A stretch of 64,000 bases of DNA, from the NCBI GenBank assembly GCA_965207455.1, contig CBDBMJ010000001.1:1152001-1216000 (forward strand). The letters run 5' to 3'. The notes beneath the pieces are model-generated. The model made no database searches, was not told where the DNA came from, and saw nothing but the letters and a program-made list of their open reading frames with translations. Positions 30,703-38,951 of the stretch are shown one piece after another (the first letter of the stretch is position 1; every line of letters starts with the position of its first letter). The position numbers and the translations under genes are program-made. The stretch comes from Bdellovibrionota bacterium. Its GTDB lineage: Bacteria; Bdellovibrionota; UBA1018; CAIPTA01; JAALKR01.

Positions 30703-30960
30703 TTAATTGATGGGGAAGTAATATAAATTACCTCCTCCCTGAAACACAGTGTCTGGTAATTTCCAAGAACCTGAAAAATCCTCTAGGTACGGTTTTACAA
30801 CAAGAAGTACTATAGAGAGAATAACAGCAAGTACCAGTATGTATTCCACTACACCTTGCCCATTTTGCTTTTGAAAGGGACTAGAAAACCCGTTTGTAAA
30901 TTTCGTCCACAAACTGCAAACCACGACCTTTGGAGAATTCTTTGCGAATTTGTTGTTCAT
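30703..30960 (-). CDS. Small class III signal-peptide (Flp/pilin-like) protein; start uncertain
   Basis: GQGVVEYILVLAVILSIVLLVV prepilin-like motif. Confidence 0.65.
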   Translation of the reverse strand: MNNKFAKNSPKVVVCSLWTKFTNGFSSPFQKQNGQGVVEYILVLAVILSIVLLVVKPYLEDFSGSWKLPDTVFQGGGNLYYFPIN

Positions 30961-32170
30961 TTAAATATTTTAACGCAACTTGATCATTACACAAGCGATC
31001 TTCTAGGCGCTCACCTTTTGCCCAAGCCTCTGATGCATTTTTTTGCACCAAACGATAGGCTTTGTCTCTGGGTAAGCCCGCTCGAACAAAAGCAAGTAAA
31101 ACAGCACCCGACCATACCAGCCCCCGTGTATAATCCAAATTTTCCTGGATACGATTTTTGTTTATTTGCAGGTCATCCACTAAACGTCGCATACGAACCA
31201 GCATATAATGGGTAAGGATGGAGGCATCTGGCGCAATTACTCTTTCCACAGAAGAGTGACTAATGTCTCGCTCATGCCATAGGGCTATATTTTCCAAAGC
31301 AGTGTGGGACCAAGAACGCAACAAGCGAGCACAACCAGTAAGGTTTTCCGCAGAAATTGGATTTTTTTTATGTGGCATCGCTGAACTTCCCTTTTGTTTT
31401 TTGGAAAAGCCCTCCTCCACTTCACCCACTTCTGTACGTTGTAAGTGACGAAACTCCACAGCCATTCTTTCCATGCAAGCACCCAACAAAGCTAAAGCCT
31501 GAAATAGTTCTCCATGGCGATCCCTGGGAATTACTTGGGTGGAAACAGGCTCCACCCCTAATTTTAAAATACGGCATGCCTCTTTCTCAATTTTAGGAGA
31601 AAGGGTGCCGTAAGCTCCCACTGCTCCAGAAAACATGCCCACACTAATGGTTTTTTTTGCTTGCTCTAAGCGCCTTCGATTGCGTTCCAACTCCTCATAG
31701 TGGGAAAGAAAACGCAAACCAAAGGCCAATGGCTCTGCATGAATTCCATGGGACCTGCCAACAGCTAAGATTTTTTTTGTCTTATTGGCTAGCTTCTTCA
31801 CTGAACTCTGTAAACGAGCCAGCTCTTTTAAAATTAAAGAAAGTCCATCCCGGAGCTGAAGCGCTAGAGCTGTATCCAGTACGTCGGAAGAAGTAAGACC
31901 GTAATGAAAATAAAATGCGTCCTTGCCCACTTGTTCCTCAATGGACATGGTGAAGGCTATAATATCGTGCTTTACCTCCAGTTCATGTTTCTGCACACTC
32001 TCCACATCCACCCTAGCTTTTTTGGCCAGTCGTTGGTACACACTGGCAGGAATAATTTTATACTTAGCCATTGCCTTACAAGCAGCCAACTCCACCTCTA
32101 ACCATTTCTGGTAACGAGCCTCATCTGTCCAAATTTTAGCTGCCTCTGGTAACGAATAACGTGAAATCAT
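30881..32170 (-). CDS. purB: Adenylosuccinate lyase
   Basis: MISRYS, HYGLTSSD, GRSHGIHAEP, GSSAMPHKKNP. Confidence 0.98.
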   Translation of the reverse strand: MISRYSLPEAAKIWTDEARYQKWLEVELAACKAMAKYKIIPASVYQRLAKKARVDVESVQKHELEVKHDIIAFTMSIEEQVGKDAFYFHYGLTSSDVLDTALALQLRDGLSLILKELARLQSSVKKLANKTKKILAVGRSHGIHAEPLAFGLRFLSHYEELERNRRRLEQAKKTISVGMFSGAVGAYGTLSPKIEKEACRILKLGVEPVSTQVIPRDRHGELFQALALLGACMERMAVEFRHLQRTEVGEVEEGFSKKQKGSSAMPHKKNPISAENLTGCARLLRSWSHTALENIALWHERDISHSSVERVIAPDASILTHYMLVRMRRLVDDLQINKNRIQENLDYTRGLVWSGAVLLAFVRAGLPRDKAYRLVQKNASEAWAKGERLEDRLCNDQVALKYLNEQQIRKEFSKGRGLQFVDEIYKRVF

Positions 32171-33579
32171 TTGCTCTTCATAACTTTCTTGAATAAAGAT
32201 ATGGAGGTAAGTATCTCACCCATAAAACCTAGTGACGGAACCACATCCCTTGCACACAGAGACACTCCAGGCAAACCATGGGAAGACCAATCACTACGAA
32301 CACCCGAAAGAAAATTGGAGTCCGCTGTGCTATCGTAGACCAATAATTCCCTAGAAACATCGTCTAAAGAATGAAATCGAAAGTGTTTTTTATAAACAGG
32401 ATCCTCTTCGATATGGTTTGGATCCGGGGATATTTCAAATAAACCGTCCTTTAAAAAAGGGATAAAAGATTCCATGCGCTGCAAACAACGTTTTATGGTA
32501 ACTCCAAGATAGTGTGGCGTAATACCTTTTTCTGTAAACGGCACTAATGTGCGAACCAATATAACTCTTTTTTTGGACGAATCTTGCTTAGAGGGTGGAA
32601 AAACAAAAAGCTGGAGAAAATCCTCTTCATTTGCACTGGAATCAGGATCGTAATAACATACATGGGAACTCATACCCTCAGGAATAGCACTATGATCTAC
32701 CTTCACCATAAAATTAAAACGCCAATAGCTGGGCTTTAAACCATTCACCTCATTGACTAAAGAGGGATAGCGGTATTCGGGAGGTAACAAGTTCATAAAA
32801 TTTCGACTGTTCATGGCACCCACCACTTGCTTTGTCTTCACAAAACCCTCGAAAGAAGATAATAAAACACCCATGAGTTTCTTTCGCTCAAAAATAATTT
32901 CACCCACACCAGCAGCACTCTTCACCTTTCCACCAGCATGGTGTAGGCGCTCTATTAAAGTTTTCTTCATGGCTTGTCTATTATTCATGCAATAGTGAAC
33001 ACCGTGAGAAGCATATTGTAAATAAGTTCGCACTAAACCTAAAGGAATACTTTTTGGATTTAACATTCCATACAACGGTGCTTGTATTCGTCCCAAATGG
33101 GCCCAATGGGAGGATAAGCCAGATTTTTTTACCATGAAGTCAAATTTCTTATGGGTTCGAATACTCCTATCTTTCGATAAGGAAGAGCTTAAAATTTTTA
33201 AAGGCTGGGCATACTTCGGAAATTCCCTAGTCCATTCTTTTTCCATTTCTCCCATGGGATAGGAAAAATTCACCCGTCCCGAACCACTGATCAATTGCAA
33301 GGCAGGGGTACAGTTCAAAAATAAATCATCCATATTTTTATACAAACCCACTTTACGCAAAAAGCGATCTACAGTGGAACCGGAATACAAACCAATAATA
33401 GGATCATAGCTAAAGTCCGTTACAGGAGCAGGCTTTTGTGATTCAAGAAAGAAGGACTGGGATAGGTCCGGGTCCACCACTAAAACTTTTTTTCCATTAT
33501 GGGCCACAGCCGTTGCCAGTAAATAGCCACCAAGCTCACCACCAGCCACCACTAGGTCGTAACTATTCCCTACTCGCAC
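32167..33579 (-). CDS. FAD/NAD(P)-binding oxidoreductase (phytoene-dehydrogenase-like)
   Basis: N-terminal Rossmann-like YDLVVAGGELGG...GKKVLVVD. Confidence 0.65.
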   Translation of the reverse strand: MRVGNSYDLVVAGGELGGYLLATAVAHNGKKVLVVDPDLSQSFFLESQKPAPVTDFSYDPIIGLYSGSTVDRFLRKVGLYKNMDDLFLNCTPALQLISGSGRVNFSYPMGEMEKEWTREFPKYAQPLKILSSSLSKDRSIRTHKKFDFMVKKSGLSSHWAHLGRIQAPLYGMLNPKSIPLGLVRTYLQYASHGVHYCMNNRQAMKKTLIERLHHAGGKVKSAAGVGEIIFERKKLMGVLLSSFEGFVKTKQVVGAMNSRNFMNLLPPEYRYPSLVNEVNGLKPSYWRFNFMVKVDHSAIPEGMSSHVCYYDPDSSANEEDFLQLFVFPPSKQDSSKKRVILVRTLVPFTEKGITPHYLGVTIKRCLQRMESFIPFLKDGLFEISPDPNHIEEDPVYKKHFRFHSLDDVSRELLVYDSTADSNFLSGVRSDWSSHGLPGVSLCARDVVPSLGFMGEILTSISLFKKVMKSK

Positions 33580-33588
33580 AACCCCCCC

Positions 33589-33978
33589 TTACTTCTTGCT
33601 TACACGCTGTAATGCTTTAAGCACCACACATACACCTTTAGCCTTACATACTAACAGCGGAGAATCCAATACATCTGCCGCAGATTCTCCAATATCTGGT
33701 CGAGATGAGATTACTTTATGGGCAGTAAATTCCATCTTACGCGATGTATTTCCCTCCTCCGTAATTCGACCCCTCGCTTCCACATAATCCCCCCTGCGCA
33801 CAGGAGCTAAAAAGTCCACACTTTCGTACGCTCGGAATAAACCCTCGTCCCCATCCCTGCGAATCAATAACTCTGTGGCCACATCTCCAAACAAAGCTAA
33901 TATTTTAGCCCCGTCGACTAAACTCTCACCATAGTGAGCATCCTGTGTGCCCATTCGTAACCGAATTACTACTTCCAT
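33589..33978 (-). CDS. kal: 3-aminobutyryl-CoA ammonia-lyase (hotdog fold)
   Basis: [42 protein letters not shown]. Confidence 0.9.
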   Translation of the reverse strand: MEVVIRLRMGTQDAHYGESLVDGAKILALFGDVATELLIRRDGDEGLFRAYESVDFLAPVRRGDYVEARGRITEEGNTSRKMEFTAHKVISSRPDIGESAADVLDSPLLVCKAKGVCVVLKALQRVSKK

Positions 33979-33980
33979 TC

Positions 33981-35372
33981 CTAGACTCCTTTTTGTAAAA
34001 TATCCGCTATCTTTGCACTTGCCCCCTGGTGTGCTCTTAAAAAATCCTGAATCTTCCCTCGAATCTCCTTACCCTTTTCCTGCCCATTGGCATCCATAGA
34101 GATAATCCAATTAGCTAAATCCACTCCAGAAGATGCCACAAATGCAGCTCCCGTATCCACCAATGCACACGCCTCTGCTGTACGGTGGTACTTCGGCCCA
34201 AACGCCACCGGCAAACCATGGGCGATTGGTTCTATAATACTATGAATCCCCTTGTGAAACCCACCCCCAATATAAGCAAAATAACCTAAAGAGTAAATTT
34301 CTGCTAAAAAACCATAGGCGTCGACTAGGAGAATGTCTGCGTTCTGTACACTCTCTTCACCGTTCATTGGGCTATTAATTTCGCTGTAGCAGACAAAACT
34401 CCATCCCCCATCCATGCATTTTTTTTTCAACCTATCCATGTATACCTTTGTGGGCTCGTGGGGCACTAGGATGAGCTTTATTTTTCCTGTGGTGCGGGTG
34501 CCTGTGGTGCGGGTGCCTGTGGCACGGGTGCCTGTGGCACGGGTGCCTGTGGCACGGGTGCCTGTGGCACCTGTGGAGCGCAGTTCTCGAAAACTCGTCA
34601 ACAGAAGGGATTCGTCTCGAGGCCAAGTGGATCCTCCCACCACTACGGTGGAGGAATGGCAAAATTTTTGAATCCTATCCAAGAACCCACTGCTGTTTGC
34701 ATTTTCTAAACGATATAAGGCGCGATCCACCCTGGAATTACCTCCCACAAACCCTAAGGCATCTTTTCCCATCCATGGCTTCCAAGCCTTTTGAGCCGAC
34801 CCATCCACATAAACCCAAGTGCGAACTTGATAAAATAAAAAACTCCGAACGCACATGGATGCGTTTCCCCAATAACCTAGGGGAGGAGTGGACACATTGA
34901 CCAATGCCACTGGAATATTTGCCTTTCTCGCTTGGTCGAAAAAATTTGGCCATAGGTCGTAACGATTCAAAACAATAAGCGAAGGAGAAAATAGCAAGAA
35001 AAAATCTTTCATACTTTTCTTTGTGTCGAAAGGTAAATAGTCGGCAAAGTGGAATAATTGAGTGCCCTGTTTATTAAGAAAATTTGCTACGGAGGAGGAG
35101 TAATAGCTTAGGAGAAAGGTGACATTTTTTGACTCCCCGTTTTTTGATCCACTCCAGTGCTCCAACACAGGAATTATTTGCTCCAATTCACCCACACTGG
35201 ACACATGCACCAGCACTATCTTTTCCCCACAGGACTCCAGCCCCTTACGCCAACGATCCAAACAACCAGCACGACCAGTAAAGGCTTTTTCCCACTTGGG
35301 AAAAAATGGAGAAACCCTCTGTGCAAAGAAAAGAAAACAAGGGAATAGGAAATTATACATCCACAGTCTCAA
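33981..35372 (-). CDS. waaA: Kdo transferase
   Basis: HVSSVGE, YLPFD, DLWPN, GGSTW, LVPHEP, YIGGGF, IEP...FGP. Confidence 0.9.
   Translation of the reverse strand: MRLWMYNFLFPCFLFFAQRVSPFFPKWEKAFTGRAGCLDRWRKGLESCGEKIVLVHVSSVGELEQIIPVLEHWSGSKNGESKNVTFLLSYYSSSVANFLNKQGTQLFHFADYLPFDTKKSMKDFFLLFSPSLIVLNRYDLWPNFFDQARKANIPVALVNVSTPPLGYWGNASMCVRSFLFYQVRTWVYVDGSAQKAWKPWMGKDALGFVGGNSRVDRALYRLENANSSGFLDRIQKFCHSSTVVVGGSTWPRDESLLLTSFRELRSTGATGTRATGTRATGTRATGTRTTGTRTTGKIKLILVPHEPTKVYMDRLKKKCMDGGWSFVCYSEINSPMNGEESVQNADILLVDAYGFLAEIYSLGYFAYIGGGFHKGIHSIIEPIAHGLPVAFGPKYHRTAEACALVDTGAAFVASSGVDLANWIISMDANGQEKGKEIRGKIQDFLRAHQGASAKIADILQKGV
34486..34576. repeat. In-frame 15-bp tandem repeat in waaA ([10 protein letters not shown])
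   Basis: cctgtgg(tg/ca)cgggtg x5 plus a partial copy. Confidence 0.95.
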
Positions 35373-36426
35373 AAGACCTCCCCGATTCCTCCAAAACTAA
35401 GTTTGCTTTTTGTATTACCATTGCTTCCGTTATTTTCTTCATACAGACTCGAGAACCAAGGCGCCAACAAGTTTTTCCCGACTTGGAACAAGGCCTGCAC
35501 CAAAGGTCCACCCCCAATACATGGGAACCATCTCTATACGCAGAATAACCCAAGGCAGGTGAGGTGGGTCCCTCGATAACCACCACATTTTTCCCCAAAG
35601 CTTCCGCAATATGAATCAAACCTGTATCATTGCCCACCACTGCCCGGGCTTGGGATAAAATCCGAACACAATCAGCTAACGTGGTTTTCCCCCTAAGGGA
35701 CACACTCTCTGGAGAATGTAGCTGAGCTGCTTGTGCAATACGGTCGCAAAAGAAATCTTCTTTTCCACCTAAAACAACCACCGGCAATTTCTTGGAAAAA
35801 TACTGAGCTATGGAGATAAAACGATCTAAAGACCAACGCTTCCCCTTCCAAGCACTTCCCGGCAACAATACCATATACGATCTGGGCAGCCCATGATCCA
35901 TGGAATAGCGAGACGGCGGCTGGAGCACAGTTAACTTTTTTTGCTCCCTAGGCTCTTCCCCATACAAATCCTGCATTGCTCGCGAGGCGAGGGCATGAAA
36001 ATTTCTTGCTCGCCATCCCCTTCCCAAACCCACTTGCTTACCACGACGGAGAAACAGCACAAGAAATTCCACCCAACGGGGTTTATGGGCAACATACAAG
36101 GAACTTATCTTTCGCAAACGAGCACGCCAAAGTTTCGTGCGCAAACTGTCGTGCAGATCCAGTATGCAATCAAATTTTTCTCTCTCCAGCCAAAGAAAAA
36201 AATCTTTGGAAGCTTTCGCCTCCCCACCACTGGTGTGGTAAATATGGGATCGCACTCCCGACATACATTCCTCAACAAAACTTCCATACACCGGCTTGGT
36301 AAGAAAAAAAATACTACAACCAGCCGCACGCAAAGGAGCCAAAGCAGCCGTGGACTGCACAATATCCCCCAAAGAACTAAGGCGAAGGATTAAAACTTTT
36401 CTAGGAACTTTGGAATTAAGGGACAT
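35353..36426 (-). CDS. Glycosyltransferase family 9 (LPS heptosyltransferase-like)
   Basis: LRLSSLGDIV, DLH, PGSAWKGKRW, GNDTGLIHIA, CRPC. Confidence 0.9.
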   Translation of the reverse strand: MSLNSKVPRKVLILRLSSLGDIVQSTAALAPLRAAGCSIFFLTKPVYGSFVEECMSGVRSHIYHTSGGEAKASKDFFLWLEREKFDCILDLHDSLRTKLWRARLRKISSLYVAHKPRWVEFLVLFLRRGKQVGLGRGWRARNFHALASRAMQDLYGEEPREQKKLTVLQPPSRYSMDHGLPRSYMVLLPGSAWKGKRWSLDRFISIAQYFSKKLPVVVLGGKEDFFCDRIAQAAQLHSPESVSLRGKTTLADCVRILSQARAVVGNDTGLIHIAEALGKNVVVIEGPTSPALGYSAYRDGSHVLGVDLWCRPCSKSGKTCWRLGSRVCMKKITEAMVIQKANLVLEESGRSFETVDV

Positions 36427-36530
36427 GGGAAATATTTTCTCTCTCCATCTCTCTATATACTATGGGAGCCCACAGGGTAAAGCTACAGCCATTACATCAA
36501 TATTGATCTTTCCCGAAAAAACGGACGCTT

Positions 36531-37424
36531 TTACACAACGCAGCGTTTTGTTTTTCTAACATAATCCATTGGACTCAAATATCCAAGCGAAGAATGTAGC
36601 CTTTCTCGATTATACCAATTTATATATTCAAAAACCGCTCTCCTTGCCTCTGATACATCCTTAAACTTTGTCTTTCCTAACTCATTTTTAATCGTATGAA
36701 AAAAACTCTCTGCGTAAGCATTATCATAGCAATTTCCCCTTCTCGACATTGATTGAGTAATCTTCAATAAATTAAGTCTCTCTCGCACTTGTGTAGAACA
36801 GTACTGGCTTCCTTGGTCTGAGTGGAATACTAGCTTCTCAAGAGAGCCTGGAGTCTCGCCGCTAGCATCAGTTATAGCTTTCTTCGTGTTTTCTGCTTCC
36901 ATCGTATCGCTTACATTCCAACCTTTAATTTCTCGGCTAAATACGTCCATCACCATTACTAGGTAACAATGTCCCTTCTCTTTTGGCAAATAAGTAATAT
37001 CAGATACCCAAACCTTATTTTCCTTTTCAGGTCGACATTCTTCAACCTTAACGATTCTTGCAGATTTCCTGTCGTTTGGATTACTAATTGTCGTTTTTGG
37101 ACGAAACGCCTTCTTCTTATTCGCACACAATTTCTCTTCGCTCATGATCCTTGCTACCATATTTTTCCCAACTTTTTCACCATCATTCTCAAGAGATTTT
37201 TGAATACGAGGGCTTCCATATTTTCCTCTGTTCTTTTCGAAAATATGCTTAATTCTTGGTCTAAGTTTATTATCTCTTTCTTCTTGTTTTGAGGGTTTTC
37301 TCTTCGACCAATCATAAAAACCTGAACACGAAACCTCGAATATATCACAACACATTCTCGCACCATTCCCTTCCAATTTAAGAAGTTTAATTGCTTCATA
37401 TCTTACCTCTGCTGGTCTTGACAA
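36531..37424 (-). CDS. IS3 transposase OrfB (rve/DDE)
   Basis: YGSPRI, WVSDITY, HSDQGSQY, SRRGNCYDNAYAESFF, YNRERLHSSLGY. Confidence 0.95.
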   Translation of the reverse strand: MSRPAEVRYEAIKLLKLEGNGARMCCDIFEVSCSGFYDWSKRKPSKQEERDNKLRPRIKHIFEKNRGKYGSPRIQKSLENDGEKVGKNMVARIMSEEKLCANKKKAFRPKTTISNPNDRKSARIVKVEECRPEKENKVWVSDITYLPKEKGHCYLVMVMDVFSREIKGWNVSDTMEAENTKKAITDASGETPGSLEKLVFHSDQGSQYCSTQVRERLNLLKITQSMSRRGNCYDNAYAESFFHTIKNELGKTKFKDVSEARRAVFEYINWYNRERLHSSLGYLSPMDYVRKTKRCVV

Positions 37425-37699
37425 AAAAAAGCTGCGGCATGCTTCAAAATCCCAATTACTTTTTCCTTTTTATCTAATTCTTTCTTCAGCTTTTTGTTCT
37501 CGGCTTTGAATTCTTCCAATGTTTTGGCACTTGCTTTATTTTTTCTTGAATAACGCATCTAGGCACTCAGTGCTTGAACTTTATTAATCCCAAGTTTTTC
37601 AGCTGCCCTACTAGTACCTATTTCATTAGCCAGCCCAACAGCCTGTTCTTTGAACTCTGCCGAATACTGGATTTTACTATTTCTGCTTTCTGATCCCAT
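37403..37699 (-). pseudogene. IS3 OrfA with premature TAG
   Basis: MGSE...YSAEFKEQAV...ALSA*MR...LKHAAAFF; TAG at 37559-37561; T8 run at 37423-37430 at the orfA/orfB junction. Confidence 0.85.
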
Positions 37700-37769
37700 T
37701 ACATATCCCTCCCTCAAGTTATACCTATAATGCATATTATAAAAGTGTCCGTTTTTTCGGGAAAGATCA

Positions 37770-37835
37770 CTTATTGAATATGCCAGTTTTTTAGAAGTAA
37801 AGCTTTGTATGGTGCCCCCACCAGGGTCTCAACCT
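37770..37835. repeat. Duplicate of tRNA-Arg 3' end plus downstream flank (matches 37991-38056)
   Basis: cttattgaatatgccagttttttagaagtaaagctttgtatggtgcccccaccaggg at both sites. Confidence 0.9.
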
Positions 37836-38030
37836 ACTACACGAAATCCCATCCAGGGATTTCCCTGCGTAGGCTCCCCTACGCACTTAGAAAAATCCTC
37901 CAAAGATTTTTCTCCCCTCACTGGTTCCTCGCCAGCTCGGAACCAGCGCGGGTCAGTGCTTCGCGTTCGAGCCCTTTGCTTTTTATCACGCTTATTGAAT
38001 ATGCCAGTTTTTTAGAAGTAAAGCTTTGTA

Positions 38031-38106
38031 TGGTGCCCCCACCAGGGCTCGAACCTGAAATCACACTTTAGGAAAGTGTAGTTATATCCTGTTTAACTAT
38101 GGGGAC
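38031..38106 (-). tRNA. tRNA-Arg(CCT)
   Basis: Cloverleaf: acceptor GTCCCCA/TGGGGGC, anticodon arm ACACT-TTCCTAA-AGTGT, GTTCGAG T-loop, encoded CCA. Confidence 0.93.
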
Positions 38107-38939
38107 GGAAAAGTAGTCGAAAAATCATCTAATAGCTTATAATCTGTGCAATCCAATTGCAGTGGCGTAACGGAAACATAATTCCTATTTACCCGGTCAT
38201 AATCAGTTCCTTTTATTTCCTTATACTGTTCTTTGGAGGCGCCTATCCAATAGTAGCCCTTACCACGAACGTCCTGTCGCTGAACGCACTGTTGACCGGA
38301 AAGACGCCAACCCTGAGGAGCCATGGAAATCCCTTTCAACTCCAAGTATTTAACATTAGGAACATTGATATTCATAACCATGCCTTTAGGCCAAGCCTCT
38401 ATTCCTGCTCTTATATCTCCCTTTCCTAATTTTTTAAATGTTTGCTCCACCACTACTTTTGTAACACGGGCTGCGGTGGAATTATATTTTTTCGTGTACT
38501 TTACTCCCACAGGCAACATTAAAGAAACGGCAAAGGCAGGCATACCTAATATGCTTGCCTCTCTAGCAGCGGCAACAGTGCCACTATAATACACATCTTC
38601 TCCAAGGTTGGGTCCTTGGTTAATTCCAGAAAGTACAAAATCTGGTTTCATCTCTAGCAATCCATTCAACGCTAAGTTCACACAATCTGCTGGCCTGCCA
38701 TTAATAGCAAAAGAGTTTTCACTAAACTGCTGCACACGCAAAGGTTCCAATAAGGAAATGCCATGGCCTGTGGCACTTTGCTCAAATTCGGGTGCCACAA
38801 TAGTTGTTTTTGCGAATTTGGAGAAATACTTTTCTAATATACGAACTCCATCTGATCGTATCCCGTCATCGTTACTTAAGAGAACATTCATGATTTGATT
38901 TTTTTCTGTATCTGTGTCTGTATCTGTGTCTTTTTTCAT
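38097..38939 (-). CDS. surE: 5'/3'-nucleotidase SurE
   Basis: LLSNDDG, VAP..EQSA, GRPADCV, SGINQGPNLG, YSGTVAAA. Confidence 0.97.
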   Translation of the reverse strand: MKKDTDTDTDTEKNQIMNVLLSNDDGIRSDGVRILEKYFSKFAKTTIVAPEFEQSATGHGISLLEPLRVQQFSENSFAINGRPADCVNLALNGLLEMKPDFVLSGINQGPNLGEDVYYSGTVAAAREASILGMPAFAVSLMLPVGVKYTKKYNSTAARVTKVVVEQTFKKLGKGDIRAGIEAWPKGMVMNINVPNVKYLELKGISMAPQGWRLSGQQCVQRQDVRGKGYYWIGASKEQYKEIKGTDYDRVNRNYVSVTPLQLDCTDYKLLDDFSTTFPSP

Positions 38940-38951
38940 TTTTATCTTTTC

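Larger units (their letters stand above)
36504..37769 (-). mobile_element. IS3-family insertion sequence (probably non-autonomous)
   Basis: 30-bp terminal IRs tgatctttcccgaaaaaacggac(g/a)ctttta with TG..CA ends; orfA/orfB layout. Confidence 0.95.

Noticed and set aside
34486..34576. Regular repeats as a possible CRISPR array
   Set aside because: Contiguous in-frame units with no unique spacers; no cas genes in the window.
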